In this document: positions 1-11,321 of the stretch, piece after piece | Layout of the letters: the number at the start of each line of letters is the position of its first letter | Numbering within the stretch: the first letter of the stretch is position 1 | Origin: Lepidodermella squamata | Taxonomy: Eukaryota; Animalia; Gastrotricha | Reading direction: 5' to 3' | NCBI GenBank assembly: GCA_047495785.1 | Contig: JBLDXI010000030.1 | Coordinates: 1,443,572 to 1,507,571, forward strand | Length of the DNA stretch: 64,000 nt | Translations under genes and position numbers: made by a program | Notes under the pieces: generated by a model | What the model was told of the DNA's origin: nothing | What the model saw: only the letters and a program-made list of their open reading frames with translations | Databases searched by the model: none

Positions 1-17
1 TCAGCAACTACACAGCA

Positions 18-650
18 TTGCATCGCGCTAGCAATTGCCGGGGTTCATCGAGCCAGCGGCTAGAAATTGCCCGCATCTTGCTTGACCGCGGGGCAGAAGT
101 GGACAGCAAGGAGTCCAGTTTTGGTTACACTGCTGCCCATCTGGCGGCGCTTAACAACCACGTTGAAGTCTTGAGGCTGCTGCTGGATCGCGGAGCCAAT
201 GTCAACAACAAACGAACTTCGGATATGACACCATTATATGAAGCGGCATTGATGGGCAACGTGGACGTCATTCGGCTGCTGCTCGACCGCGGAGCAGCAA
301 TCGACAGCAAAGAAAGCAGCGGCGGCAATACACCCTTAATGGGAGCGGCTATGCTAGGGCGACCAGAAGCCGTCCGGTTGTTGTTAGATCGTGGAGCAGC
401 GATTGACACCAGAAACAACTATGGGATGACAGCGTTATATAGGGCGGCTAACAGCCTTACTGATAATAGTGATGATCGAGCAGCAATCGTACGGCTTCTT
501 CTTGATCGAGGCGCTAATGTGAACGCAGCCTCCAACGGCAATAGTACACCATTAGACTCAGCTGTCAGAGCCCGTAATATGAATGTTGTTGACCTGCTAA
601 AAGCGCGGGGTGGTGTCTGCCGTGTGGAGACTTTCTGCTATGGACCATGA
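18..650 (+). CDS. Ankyrin-repeat protein, 3' part (gene begins upstream of the window)
   Basis: About six 33-aa repeats with TPL/TAL-H/Y-xAA...LLLDRGA motifs. The ORF start is a TTG near the window edge. Confidence 0.9.
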   Translation: MHRASNCRGSSSQRLEIARILLDRGAEVDSKESSFGYTAAHLAALNNHVEVLRLLLDRGANVNNKRTSDMTPLYEAALMGNVDVIRLLLDRGAAIDSKESSGGNTPLMGAAMLGRPEAVRLLLDRGAAIDTRNNYGMTALYRAANSLTDNSDDRAAIVRLLLDRGANVNAASNGNSTPLDSAVRARNMNVVDLLKARGGVCRVETFCYGP

Positions 651-1337
651 AAAGTTGATTGGAAAGAAATCAGCAAAAGTAAATAACATCACCGCTTCTC
701 AAAAAAAACAAATATAATAATGAATTATTCAAGCTTGATTTCGATAAATACAAATTGCGAAATTGCAAAACGTTGAAGATTTGAAAATGCTACAGGCTAC
801 ACACTCAACGGGCGTTTCTCTCTCTTTAAGACTGCAAACCGATCAATCGAAATATGATTTAGCGGAACCAAATATGCCTGTTGTAAAACCAAAACTGATA
901 AGTATTAGAACCTAGTTTTCAAATTTGATAACGAAGAATAACTTTATCCAGGCTCCATTTCCTTATAAATTTCAGGCGGAGGATTGAATGGTGTTTACAC
1001 AGATAGTTTCGATGTAATATTATTCAGTTTTTCTATTTTAGTGAATTCAAAATATTGGCAAAAATATTGAATCAAAACTTTGTTCTGCTGCCAAATCGGT
1101 TCATCAAAAGGCGATCTCCGTCCCATCGAAAGTGAAATCTTTAATTATTTATTCCAACCAGCTTTTTAACTCCTTAACGCATACGCAGAACTGAAAATCC
1201 CATAGCTAATTTCCTTTTCATAGTTTGCTAAAAAATGGTTGTTCTCAACTGGTGGACGAAAATAAAACTTTCATTCGGTCTCTCTTCTTCTGCTCTATAA
1301 ATGGAGTATTGAGTTAGATCATTCTTGTAAACTAAAA

Positions 1338-2534
1338 TTAATTTATCATTCTTGTAAAATAAATCGCGTCACAAATGATAACAATCACTGACATAATTAC
1401 AGCAACAGAAATATCAGCCAGGCGAATTTTCGACACTGCAACCAAATTCAGCAGTTTTCGAAACGGCTTGTTGTACTCTTCATAATGTTCTGAAACCGCA
1501 ACCGTGACTAGCATGTAGATTGTCAGAAACACCCCGCTGATGAACTTCACACAGACCATCGATATCAAATAGACACTCTCCGATGTTTTCGGAATCGCCC
1601 CGAAAACCATACTGAGAATCACAGCATCTGCCAGAACGACAGTAACGCCAAAACTCGGCCGATCAGCGTGGATTGGATGTAGGATCAACCCAGCCATTTG
1701 AAGGATGAATAGCCCAAAAGTCGGGATGAAGATGTAATTAATGAAATAGACATATTTCCGCCTGAATTTCATGTTGAATCTCACGGTATGGTAAAACAAA
1801 CCATCGTAAGCCTTTTCCGGGGTCAGAGTGAAGTTCAGTGGAGTTAAGATTTGCCAAATGTCTGTATCACCAATGAAGACGTCCGCAGATTCCGAGAACA
1901 TGTAAGTCACATCTTCGAAATAGATCACGTTAGTCGAATATTCCGATGATAAGACAAAATCGCAACTAAGCTGATCGAATGGGAATTTTTCAAACTCGAA
2001 AATACACGCAGATTCGAATAGGCCTGAAGTAAGCCACGTTGCGTTGCTCGAGCAAGGGAATACGTCGATGTAAGGCGTTGTTTCTTCAAACGGGCGAGAT
2101 GATTCGACGAAATTTTCGTGGATCAACCTAGGATGCCAGATGTCGTAAACGTTCTTCTCGAGAAATACGAAATCAGGCTCAGCTTCGGGGATTATTTCTT
2201 CGCAAAGGCTTTCGTCGCATAGAATGTCCCAAGTGAAGGTCAACTCTATCATAACTGAAAGTCTGAAACGTCGAAAAATTAGGAAAATCAAGAAAATTAC
2301 TGAAACTCACGTTTGTCTTAGGTCGTCAATTCCTTTGAATCGATAGAGAACGGTTCGAATTTTCACCTTCAAAGGGTTACTGAAATTTGTCATCAGTTGC
2401 AGGTCTAACGGAAGGTCGTCCGAGAAAGCCGTGGGGCATTTTTCCTCGAAAATCAACTCAAACTCCTTTGTAGTGAAATTACAAACGATTGGGCTGACTA
2501 GGAAGCCCAAAATCGTTAGGAATTTACTAGCCAT
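1338..2534 (-). CDS. Divergent Cys-loop pLGIC subunit 1, join(2311..2534,1338..2262)
   Basis: Signal peptide, RFKGIDD, IWHPRL, Cys-loop CIFEFEKFPFDQLSC (C-x13-C), FRRK before M1, four TM helices. A 48-bp phase-2 GT-AG intron at 2263-2310 joins the two ORFs in frame. Confidence 0.9.
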
Positions 2535-2645
2535 TGTGTGAATAACAAAAAATTAAGCTCATCGCTATATTTTCGATCGATAAAATACAAAAAAAGCGAG
2601 TTGCTTAGTCGCGTTAGTGATTCTTTATTCAAAAAGTAAACAACA

Positions 2646-3954
2646 TCAGATCGTCATTTTTCTTATATAGACAGCGTCGCAAATGAAAGAAATCAACGTC
2701 ATAGCAACACCTGTGACAATATCGGCGAATCTCAGGGCTGAAATCGGGATTTTCCCACGGAAGTTGTACAACACCTTGACTTGGTCTTCGAAATGCTCGG
2801 CGAGTGTTACAGTGATCAGCATGTAAATTGTTATCACGACGCCTAAAATGAACTTTACAACAACCATTGAGACTAAATGCACGCTTTCGGATGTTTTTGG
2901 GATCAAACTGAAGACCATGGCGAGGTATACAGAATCGGCCAGGACGACAGTTACACCGAACGCGGGTCTATCAGGGTGAATCGGTGGCATGATCAAACCA
3001 GCGATTTGCAGTAAGTACAACGAGAAAGTCGGGATAAAGATGTTGTAAGCGAAATAAACGTATTTCCTCTTGAAATTGAGGAAGAATTCAGCGTGGTGAT
3101 AACCGAGTTGGTCATAGGCCAGTTCTGTCCAGATCGTGCTGTTCAGTGGTAGCTCTATGTCCCAAATATCACTTTGGTCGATGAACAAATCCGGGCTAGT
3201 CGCGAATAGGTAGTCAGATTTGGTGAAATAGATCAAATCAGTCGATAATTCAGAGCTGATATCAATGCTACAGGACAGAGTGTCGAATGGGAATTTTTCG
3301 AACTTGAACATGCATGAGGAATCCACCATGCCGTAGGTAACCCATTGAGCCTCGTTTCTGCATGGGTATAGATCGATGATTTGCGATGTTTCTTCGAAAG
3401 GCCGGGCTGATCTGTAGAAGTTTGAGTGCATGATCCTCGGGTGCCAAACTTCGTCGACAGATTTTGAGATGACAATATCGCCGATGCTAGGTTCTGCTCT
3501 TATGATCTCAGCGCATATGTCCTGTGGGCAGAGCAGGCGCCAGAAGAAGGTTATTTCTACTACAACCGACAGCCTAAGGAAGTAAATTAGACTTCAGTCA
3601 ACTTCAAGAAGAAAAAATCCAAGAAAAATCCTAAATTACTCCTCAGACTCCTAAATTACTTTGCTCAGAGTTTTTAGTCAGAATAAATTTACATAACTTG
3701 AAGAATCTAATGTGGATTAATTACGTTTGCTGTAAGTCATCTATCCGGGCGAATCGGTTTAAGACGCTGCGAATCCGTATTTCGAGAGGCTTTGTGAAAT
3801 TGTTCTCGAACTGCAAATCCAGAGGTACATTCATGGATAAAGCTCTTGGGCACAGCTCGTAAAGTCGCTGTTGTAACTCAGAGCTCGTCATTTCCAGACA
3901 GTAGCTCATGGATGCTAGAAATTGAGCTATTGCAAGGAAGCTCGTGGCTTTCAT
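2646..3954 (-). CDS. Divergent Cys-loop pLGIC subunit 2 (tandem paralog), join(3725..3954,2646..3573)
   Basis: Cys-loop CMFKFEKFPFDTLSC and M2 DRPAFGVTVVLAD. The intron at 3574-3724 has the same position and phase as in subunit 1. Confidence 0.9.
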
Positions 3955-4436
3955 CTTGCTTCTGGTCTCTCATTCAAGCAAAGGTGCACACGTAGCATCG
4001 CAAAGTGCAACGGGTCGATTCCAATTGATTTTATTAGCATTAGAGAAGGTAAGATGCATTGGATCGATACATTCTTAGATCTTGTTGATCTTCGTCATAC
4101 ATTTCTGTTCTGCTATTGTAATTTTTTATTTTGTCCAGCTTAATGATGGGTAATAACAGGAAAGAGTAAATTTGCATTCACGGATTGTAGAAGCACTTCT
4201 AATCTCAATGCTCAGGTCAACGTGACAGAAATCGTGATTTCGCATGATTAATCTGTTTACAGCAGCTACCCCTCACCCCAGTTACGTCATACGCCTCAAA
4301 TGCACGCGAGTTGTAGTAGTGAGCCACCCACTCACGAGCATGAAACAAAGATAAAAGGCATCATCACACGCTCATCTCCAGTTCATTACAACAAAACCTT
4401 CTTCACACATACTTACACATCATAATAAAAGAAACA

Positions 4437-5716
4437 ATGCTTTCGAAATTGCTTCTCGTTAATTCCTTCATCGCACTCAGCAGCATCCTGGTCAATGCTC
4501 AGTACGACGAAAATGGCGGTTAGTTGTAAACTCATCTTTCATCTATCATCATTCAACTCATTCATCAATAGACCGGATTTATTCCTGCCAAGCCACTGCC
4601 CCGGTCACGCCGGAATTCGCTGACCCGAAAGATTACCAATACGCATCGAGTCTCACGCAAATCTTCTCGTCCCATGTCATACCTTGCGATGGATATATCG
4701 TAGCGTGGCGTTTCGTCGCGAGGAATATCGCGATTAACCCAGGCGCTTACTTGGCCATCTTCAGACCAAGCTCGCCCGGCGGCACCTATTACACCCTGGT
4801 GAACGCAACCGCGCTACAAAGGGTTCGCATCGATAACTACGACAACTATGTCGATAGGGACAATTACCGATTCATGTCGGAGATGCGGAAACCTAATGGC
4901 CAGCTACCTCAATTAGGCGTATTCCCGGCCTGGGTTGAGTTGAAGCTGGCCAGGGGTATGGAGGTTAAACAGGGTGACACAATTGGGCTGTACTACAACG
5001 CCAAGGACACCCCTGATTCGCTAGTTACAATCCCATTCTGGAGGGGGCCCATTTTCAAGGGCCTATCCAGTGGAGCGCCTGGGTCAGTGCCTCCGACCTA
5101 CGTGTTCTACAGGGACGCGACTGATTTGGCGACACAGGGTGTTAACTTCGATGCGTCCGTGACGTCGAAGGACTATCGTGATGTGGCTATAGTTGCGATT
5201 ATTGGCGATAGGACCGGTTATACTACGACTACCACCACGACTACCACAACTACTACAACAACTCCGAGTACTACTAGAACTTCGACTACTTCGACCACTC
5301 CGACTACCACAAGAGCCACGACTACTACTACAACGACTAGACCCACTACAACAACGACTACTACTCCAACAACTACGACTATGGAGGACACCCCCGAGCC
5401 GGAGACTGACGAGCCTACAACTGAATCGACTACTACAACAACTACAACCAGGCCGCCTAAAGTCACCACCACGACTACGACAACTACAACTACAACAACG
5501 CCTCCAACCACGACGAGAAGAACTACAACACCTGTAATGACATCACCAACAACTACGTTGAGAACGACTACTACGACTCGAGCTACGACTACAACGACAA
5601 CTCAAAGGCCGACTACAACTACGACAATGTGGACTCCGTTTTTCACGGTACGGACTACGACAAAGCGCTCGACTACACCCCGGTGGACGACCATTGAATG
5701 GGATTATAGAGGCTAA
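4437..5716 (+). CDS. Secreted protein: unassigned globular domain plus Thr-rich mucin-like tail, join(4437..4518,4572..5716)
   Basis: Signal peptide MLSKLLLV..., 53-bp GT-AG intron, DRIYSC...IPCDGYIVAWRF domain, then a long poly-Thr region. Confidence 0.85.
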
Positions 5717-5783
5717 TCTATTGGTGCTTAATAAATATTGAGTATATATGCTACGGAAGATCTTTGATAATATATATGTGTGA

Positions 5784-6084
5784 CATTGTGTTTGAGGTTG
5801 TAAGTTGAAAAAAATCCGCACGCTGATTGGTCTGTTGGCTTGTATCCATGACTCCGCCTTGCTACTTGATCGTGCGATCTATATAATTTGTGGCTTTTAT
5901 TATTTTAATGAAGGCCGTATCGTAGCACGCGTTTCCAACAAATGCGTAAAACCATTCATAAAAAGATATTTTTTGCAAATATTTTATGGATCGCACGATC
6001 AAGTAGCAAGGCGGAGTCATGGATACGAGCCAACTGACCAATCAGCGTGCGGATTTTTTTCAACTTACAACCTCAAACACAATG
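5784..6084. mobile_element. MITE, ~301 bp, with ~100-bp terminal inverted repeats
   Basis: CATTGTGTTTGAGGTTGTAAGTTG... at 5784 has its reverse complement ending at 6084. The flanks TATGTGTGA / GATGTGTTT match only 6 of 9, so the TSD is uncertain. Confidence 0.85.
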
Positions 6085-6113
6085 GATGTGTTTAGAATTT
6101 TATTAAAAAAAGA

Positions 6114-7516
6114 ATGATACGTTTCTGGAGATACATCGGTCTCTTGTTTTACGTTTTTGCTGCAGCTAACGCACAAGATTTCGACGAAAATGGAGGTAAA
6201 AATAACAATAATATACCTAAGATGCCCGGATTGAGCCACAAAAATCTATAAAACCCACAAAATATGAAAAATCTTGCCAATTTCCCCAAAACAGGATAGT
6301 AGGGTATCCTGTTCAATTACTGAGCCCGCTAATTCACTCATCAAAAAAACTCCTGATTTGCATATTAAAATTTTTTTTATTACCGGATTGAATTTTTTTC
6401 GGAATGAGAAACACCAATTTTCTCAATTTCACCAGTTTTTTTTTAAATTGACTTTTCAAAAAATTTAAGCTTAATTTTCTCATTTTCAATTTTTTTCAAT
6501 TTTGAATTTATAATTAATTTTCATATTTTTTGTTTTATTTATTTGTGATTTTTACATTTTTTGTATTTGAAGATCGAATTTACTCTTGTGAGACTACCGT
6601 CCCTCAAAATGCAGAGATGGCTGACCCAATATTTTACAAATACGCCTCGCCTTTCATTCAAGTGATGACTAGCCACACTGTTCCCTGTGATGGCTACATC
6701 ACCTCATGGCGATTTGTCTCCCGAACAGTCAACATCAACCCAGGAGCCCATCTCGCCATTTTCAGGAAAAACTCCCTCAACCAATTTACAATTACGCTAA
6801 TTAACGACACACCTATTCAAAGGGTCCGTCTCGACTCGGCGAGTGTGAAAGTTGGCAGTGATACTTATCGTTTCATGACTGAGCTGAAATTCAACAACAA
6901 AACGCAGACGATCGGAATTTTCCCCGCCTGGGTTGAGTTACATCTCGGCAAAGGCCTTGAAGTTCGACAGGGTGATATTTTAGCGATTTACTACGACGCG
7001 AAAGAAACCCCTGAGACGATGCTGGCGATTCCTTACTATCGAGGTCCTGTATTTTCTGGAGTAAGGGGCTTATCAAGCGGTGCTGCAGGATCTGTTCCGC
7101 CAACGATGCTTTTCATGAAGGATCAGAATGATTTGTATGTCTATGGGAAGTCGTTGAACACCCAAGAGGCAGGTCTTGATTACAGAGATAATGCTCTGAT
7201 TGCTGTGATAACAAGCCGGGCTATTACTACAACTACTAGCTCAACATCGACCACGACAACAACGACAAGGGCAACGACTACTAGAGCAATTACTACCACT
7301 ACTACAACAGCACCTTTTGTTGATGTAACGGATGAGGATACAGATCCGCCGACTACAACAACGACTCGGAGAACTACGGCCCCGCGAAGGACTACAACCA
7401 CTACAAAACAAACCACTACTACACAGGATGCGGATGTGACTCCGACTGCGACAACTGGACGGCAAAGGATGACGAGGACTAGGACAACGACAGTCTTCGC
7501 AGCGTATGACAGCTGA
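6114..7516 (+). CDS. Tandem paralog of the 4437 secreted mucin-tailed protein, join(6114..6195,6573..7516)
   Basis: Signal peptide MIRFWRYIG..., intron at the same position (DENG|DRIYSC), shared PCDGYI, FPAWVEL and GLSSGA.GSVPPT motifs, Thr-rich tail. Confidence 0.85.
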
Positions 7517-8084
7517 TTTCAGCATTCATCTTGACTTTTATACATCATTTTACCGTTGACAAGTGAGATGTGTGGGCTTAATTATTACTTCAGTTATTTC
7601 CTAAACTAAGGGTCCTAGGCTTGTTATTGGGGTTCAAGGTACACCCCTCTGAGACCATGATCCTTGAAATTCAAAAAATCATATCATAAGTTTTGGTAAA
7701 CTTGCAAAAATATTTCTTAATTTTTGTCTTCTGGCCAAATTTCAAATTAATTGAAACTTATTCGATATCTTTAGAATGGCATCTGAATCAAACTGTGTCA
7801 AGTCAAAAATTTTCAATCCCAAATCAAAATTAGGCTCTAAGTTGATTCTGTAAAGCATTTCACCCTCATTTCACTTGTCAGCAATAATTGTGAATAAAGC
7901 TGCATTCTTTCTAACTCGTGTGCGTTTTTTCATCTATTATCTCTGTGTATAGCCTGTAGTGTGTAATGAAAAGCATCCGAGCGCGTGTGTAGTTATACCA
8001 TCTGCCTTATACTACGAACACCAGTACTACACAGCTATTCATCTCGTGTATAGTAGCATCGTCATACTGGCGTACATCAATAAT

Positions 8085-9329
8085 ATGAAAAACGTGCTCG
8101 CAACCTTAATTGTTTTGCTGTTCTACGCTGTTGAGTTGGCGTACAGTCAATTGAGTCAAACCTACGGCCTACCTTGCAGTGCCAACTCGGAATGCAAGGG
8201 ACCTAATGAAGAATGCTTTTACGCTACACATCTGGTAAAACTTTCAAATCAAATCGATATTCGAATTTGGAATAATTATTTTTAAATTGAAGGACCCACC
8301 CTGCCAAAAAGGCGTTTGCGCCTGTAAAAGCTGCTTCAAACTAGTCGATGGATCTTGTGTGAAAAGTAAGCATTCATCCTTCATCCTAAAACTAGTGACC
8401 AATTTCGACTTTTTAGAAAGCTATGTGAATAAAGTTGGGGATGTTTGCACGTCAAAGGCTGGCGAAATTATCACTGTCCCTAACGCATTTTGCCCGAATC
8501 GAGGCTCCTTAAGTTGTAAGGTTGGTTCGAGTTCAGGCCCAGTTTGCCCTGGCAACTATTCTTGCGATTCAATACTCGGCGAGGCGGGTGAATGTTCCGC
8601 AGAAGCGACTTGCGATCGCAAAACAAAATCCTGTAAATGCGCGGAGGTCTACCTTAAATTTGACCCAGATCTTCAAATGTGCGTCCGGCGAGAGTATGGC
8701 GACTCCTGCTCGAAAAATGAGGAGTGCCAAGTGAAAGGGAAACTCGATCGGAACGGAGAGCTGTCCGGCTTTACGAGTGTTAACGGAGCTTGCATCGATG
8801 GCCAATGCATGTGTGGGTCGGATTCTAAGCCGACGATAGTCAGTTTTCTGAGCCCGGTCACTCAACAGGTGGTTGGCAAGGTGATTTGCGTGAAATTCGC
8901 TGCCAAGGTCGATTTGCCTAGCAACAGCACGTGTGATATTGACCCGGTCGGTTGGAGTAATGAAGATGCCGTTCGGGTGTGTGCCTCTACCCACATTTGC
9001 AGGGCCTGCCCGGAAAACCTGGCTTCTCCAGGTTTCCGACGCACCCGAGATGGATTATGCCGTAAGAACTCTAAATCACTGCTGAACTTTTCTGAACTCT
9101 TTGAATAGGAAAAGTGATCACGTCAAAACTTGTTTCTGAGGAAACATGTGGTCGAAACAGCCCAGTTCCAGTTAAATCAACAATCTCGCCAACGGATCTG
9201 CTCAAGCAAGTTACAACTCAAAAACCCACATCTGGAAGAACGGCAAGCTCAGCTTCGAGGAATTCTGACTCAATCACCAGCTTAACAATACTCACAGCTT
9301 GTTCATGTTTGATCAAAATCCTGCTTTGA
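8085..9329 (+). CDS. Secreted Cys-rich (EB/EGF-like modules) protein with probable GPI-anchor signal
   Basis: Signal peptide MKNVLATL..., repeated YGxxC-x4-EC modules, introns 8235-8292, 8366-8416 and 9062-9108, Ser/Thr linker and hydrophobic C-terminus. Confidence 0.75.
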
Positions 9330-9455
9330 TGATTTGCTGTTTTAAAAAACAAGAAGATTATTGAAAACTTCGATTTTTTATTGGTTCTCTGAATTATCTA
9401 TCATGAATGATACTTGGGAGCTAAAATTCTCACGGATTTCCCTGAGAAATTTCAA

Positions 9456-10493
9456 TCAAATTTTGCGAAAAACAGCGCAAATCGACCCGAAGTTATGGCC
9501 GAATTTACTCGGCTCCGCTACGACAAATCGTCGAAATTCGTCCCAGAAAAGCGACGTCACAAATTGGCGACCAGCCTCACTGCGATACACCGACAAAGCG
9601 TCGCGGAAGTACCGCTCGAACAAACCAGCCATTGCCGTTATGTACTCATCAGCAAATTTGTTAACGTCCCCATGCTTCGCGAAATTTTGGTAAAAATCGC
9701 TGGTCGACAGTGGCAATTGCTCTGCCTTGATTAGCTCCAACGAGTTGATAGTCGTTATGTCTTCGAATTGACGCCAGGCTATCGGGATGTTGAAGTTCAA
9801 CAGCTCATTCTCTGTTATGACTTTCCGCTCAACGAGAAGCCAAGCGCACCAATACATGGCTTCGAAAACATCGGCGGCTGATTTAGTAGCAGTCCAAGTA
9901 GTTAAGACTAGAGTCCCTCCTCGAGCCAACTCATCGCTTCTAGCTCGTAGGAAATTAGCCCAATCCTCAGATGCCTGGTGATTGAATGCGGCCAACTCTT
10001 CGTCCGAAGCGAACAAAGACGTGCAGTGGCGTTTGATTTTAGCTGGCAGCTTTGATAGCCAACTCAAGCCTCCATTGCTCAAACCAAGATGCAGGCAGTT
10101 ATCGGGTATGATTTGAGTTAAAGGGCTCAGACCAGACGCTAGGTAATTCACGTTTTTGATTGCTTTCAAAACAGATTTCGTGCTCGATTGATGGTAATCG
10201 AAAATTCTGCTCCAGTTCAAATCGGCTCGCCCTTGTTCCGCAAAAATGATTGACTGAATAGATTCATCGCCGTATTTTTCTCGCAAGGCATTGATAGCAG
10301 TTATAACTGACGAGGAGTTAGATTCGGGCGAAGTCACGCCGAAATGTGCGATGAAAAATGGCGAATTTTGAGAAATCTGGGCCGAGTGGTGCTCCACGGC
10401 TAGTAGAACGTGATTATTCAGCATTTCGTTGTGAGGCTGGTCTTCACACTCGTCCATTTCGTTTTTTGAGTTGAAACTTCCGGTGGAGAGCAT
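9456..10493 (-). CDS. SABATH (Methyltransf_7)-family methyltransferase-like protein, degenerate motifs, intronless
   Basis: QASEDWANFLRARSDELARGGTLVL and LSWLSKLP align with the SABATH fold. Motif I is altered to IAHFGVTSPES. Confidence 0.8.
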   Translation of the reverse strand: MLSTGSFNSKNEMDECEDQPHNEMLNNHVLLAVEHHSAQISQNSPFFIAHFGVTSPESNSSSVITAINALREKYGDESIQSIIFAEQGRADLNWSRIFDYHQSSTKSVLKAIKNVNYLASGLSPLTQIIPDNCLHLGLSNGGLSWLSKLPAKIKRHCTSLFASDEELAAFNHQASEDWANFLRARSDELARGGTLVLTTWTATKSAADVFEAMYWCAWLLVERKVITENELLNFNIPIAWRQFEDITTINSLELIKAEQLPLSTSDFYQNFAKHGDVNKFADEYITAMAGLFERYFRDALSVYRSEAGRQFVTSLFWDEFRRFVVAEPSKFGHNFGSICAVFRKI

Positions 10494-11321
10494 TTTTCAC
10501 TAAATGGTTTCACGCAGTGTCAGGAAGTATTTTTGTTTTCCGTCTGTGGGCTAGCGGTCAGTGGATAAAGCTCAATGAATAAATTACGCGATAGCATTTC
10601 ACAAAATTGGGATTACTGGATAATCATTTCACGATACCTCAGCGTATGAAGAAGGATTCTCGAGCTGGGGATAAATTCCAACTAGGGTGCGAAGTACATG
10701 GGTGCTGGGGTGTCGCGACGCCCCAACTCCGGGACTCCAACCACAGGAAGGCTGAAAAACCACAGGAGGGCCCTTTGGTTTCTTCGGCTGGGTCCTGGAA
10801 AACAAGTTGAAAACACTTCCGTATCCTACTTCGCACACTGATTCCAACCCTAATTTGAGTTCTAAAGACCTCAACTTTTCGGTTTCTCTGCTTGGACGTC
10901 TCGAATCTTGCAGGCAGAATGATGATCTTTAGGGAGGAATGCAGTGAGAAACCCCGGATTTTACATTTATCAATTACTTCATTGCAACAGAGTGAAGCGA
11001 AATTTGAGCCTTCATTGGAGCATGGAATTTAGGCAGCTCAGTGCTTTCCTCGCTATGTGTGGCGGAAAAACTGAATTAAAACAATACCATAATTGAAAAA
11101 ACACCGCAAAACTCGCAATTGTGTGTAACAAAATGCTAAGAGTATGCGTGTAACATTGTCACACGCTGTGAGATGTGCATTTCAAACAATAGAAAACTAG
11201 CTGTTTTTCGCACCAGATATACTGCGCAATTATGTATGCGCACTTTTGCAACTCAGGCTCGAGATTTGTCACTTGACAACACACGCGCCGGGTTGCATTT
11301 AATCATAGAGAGAAAGAGAAG

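Noticed and set aside
5218-5511. Poly-Val ORFs on the minus strand (also 7180-7416)
   Set aside because: Antisense shadows of ACN Thr codons in the mucin tails.
10607-10950. Short overlapping ORFs between the SABATH and PAN genes
   Set aside because: No start/splice model or recognisable motif could be supported.
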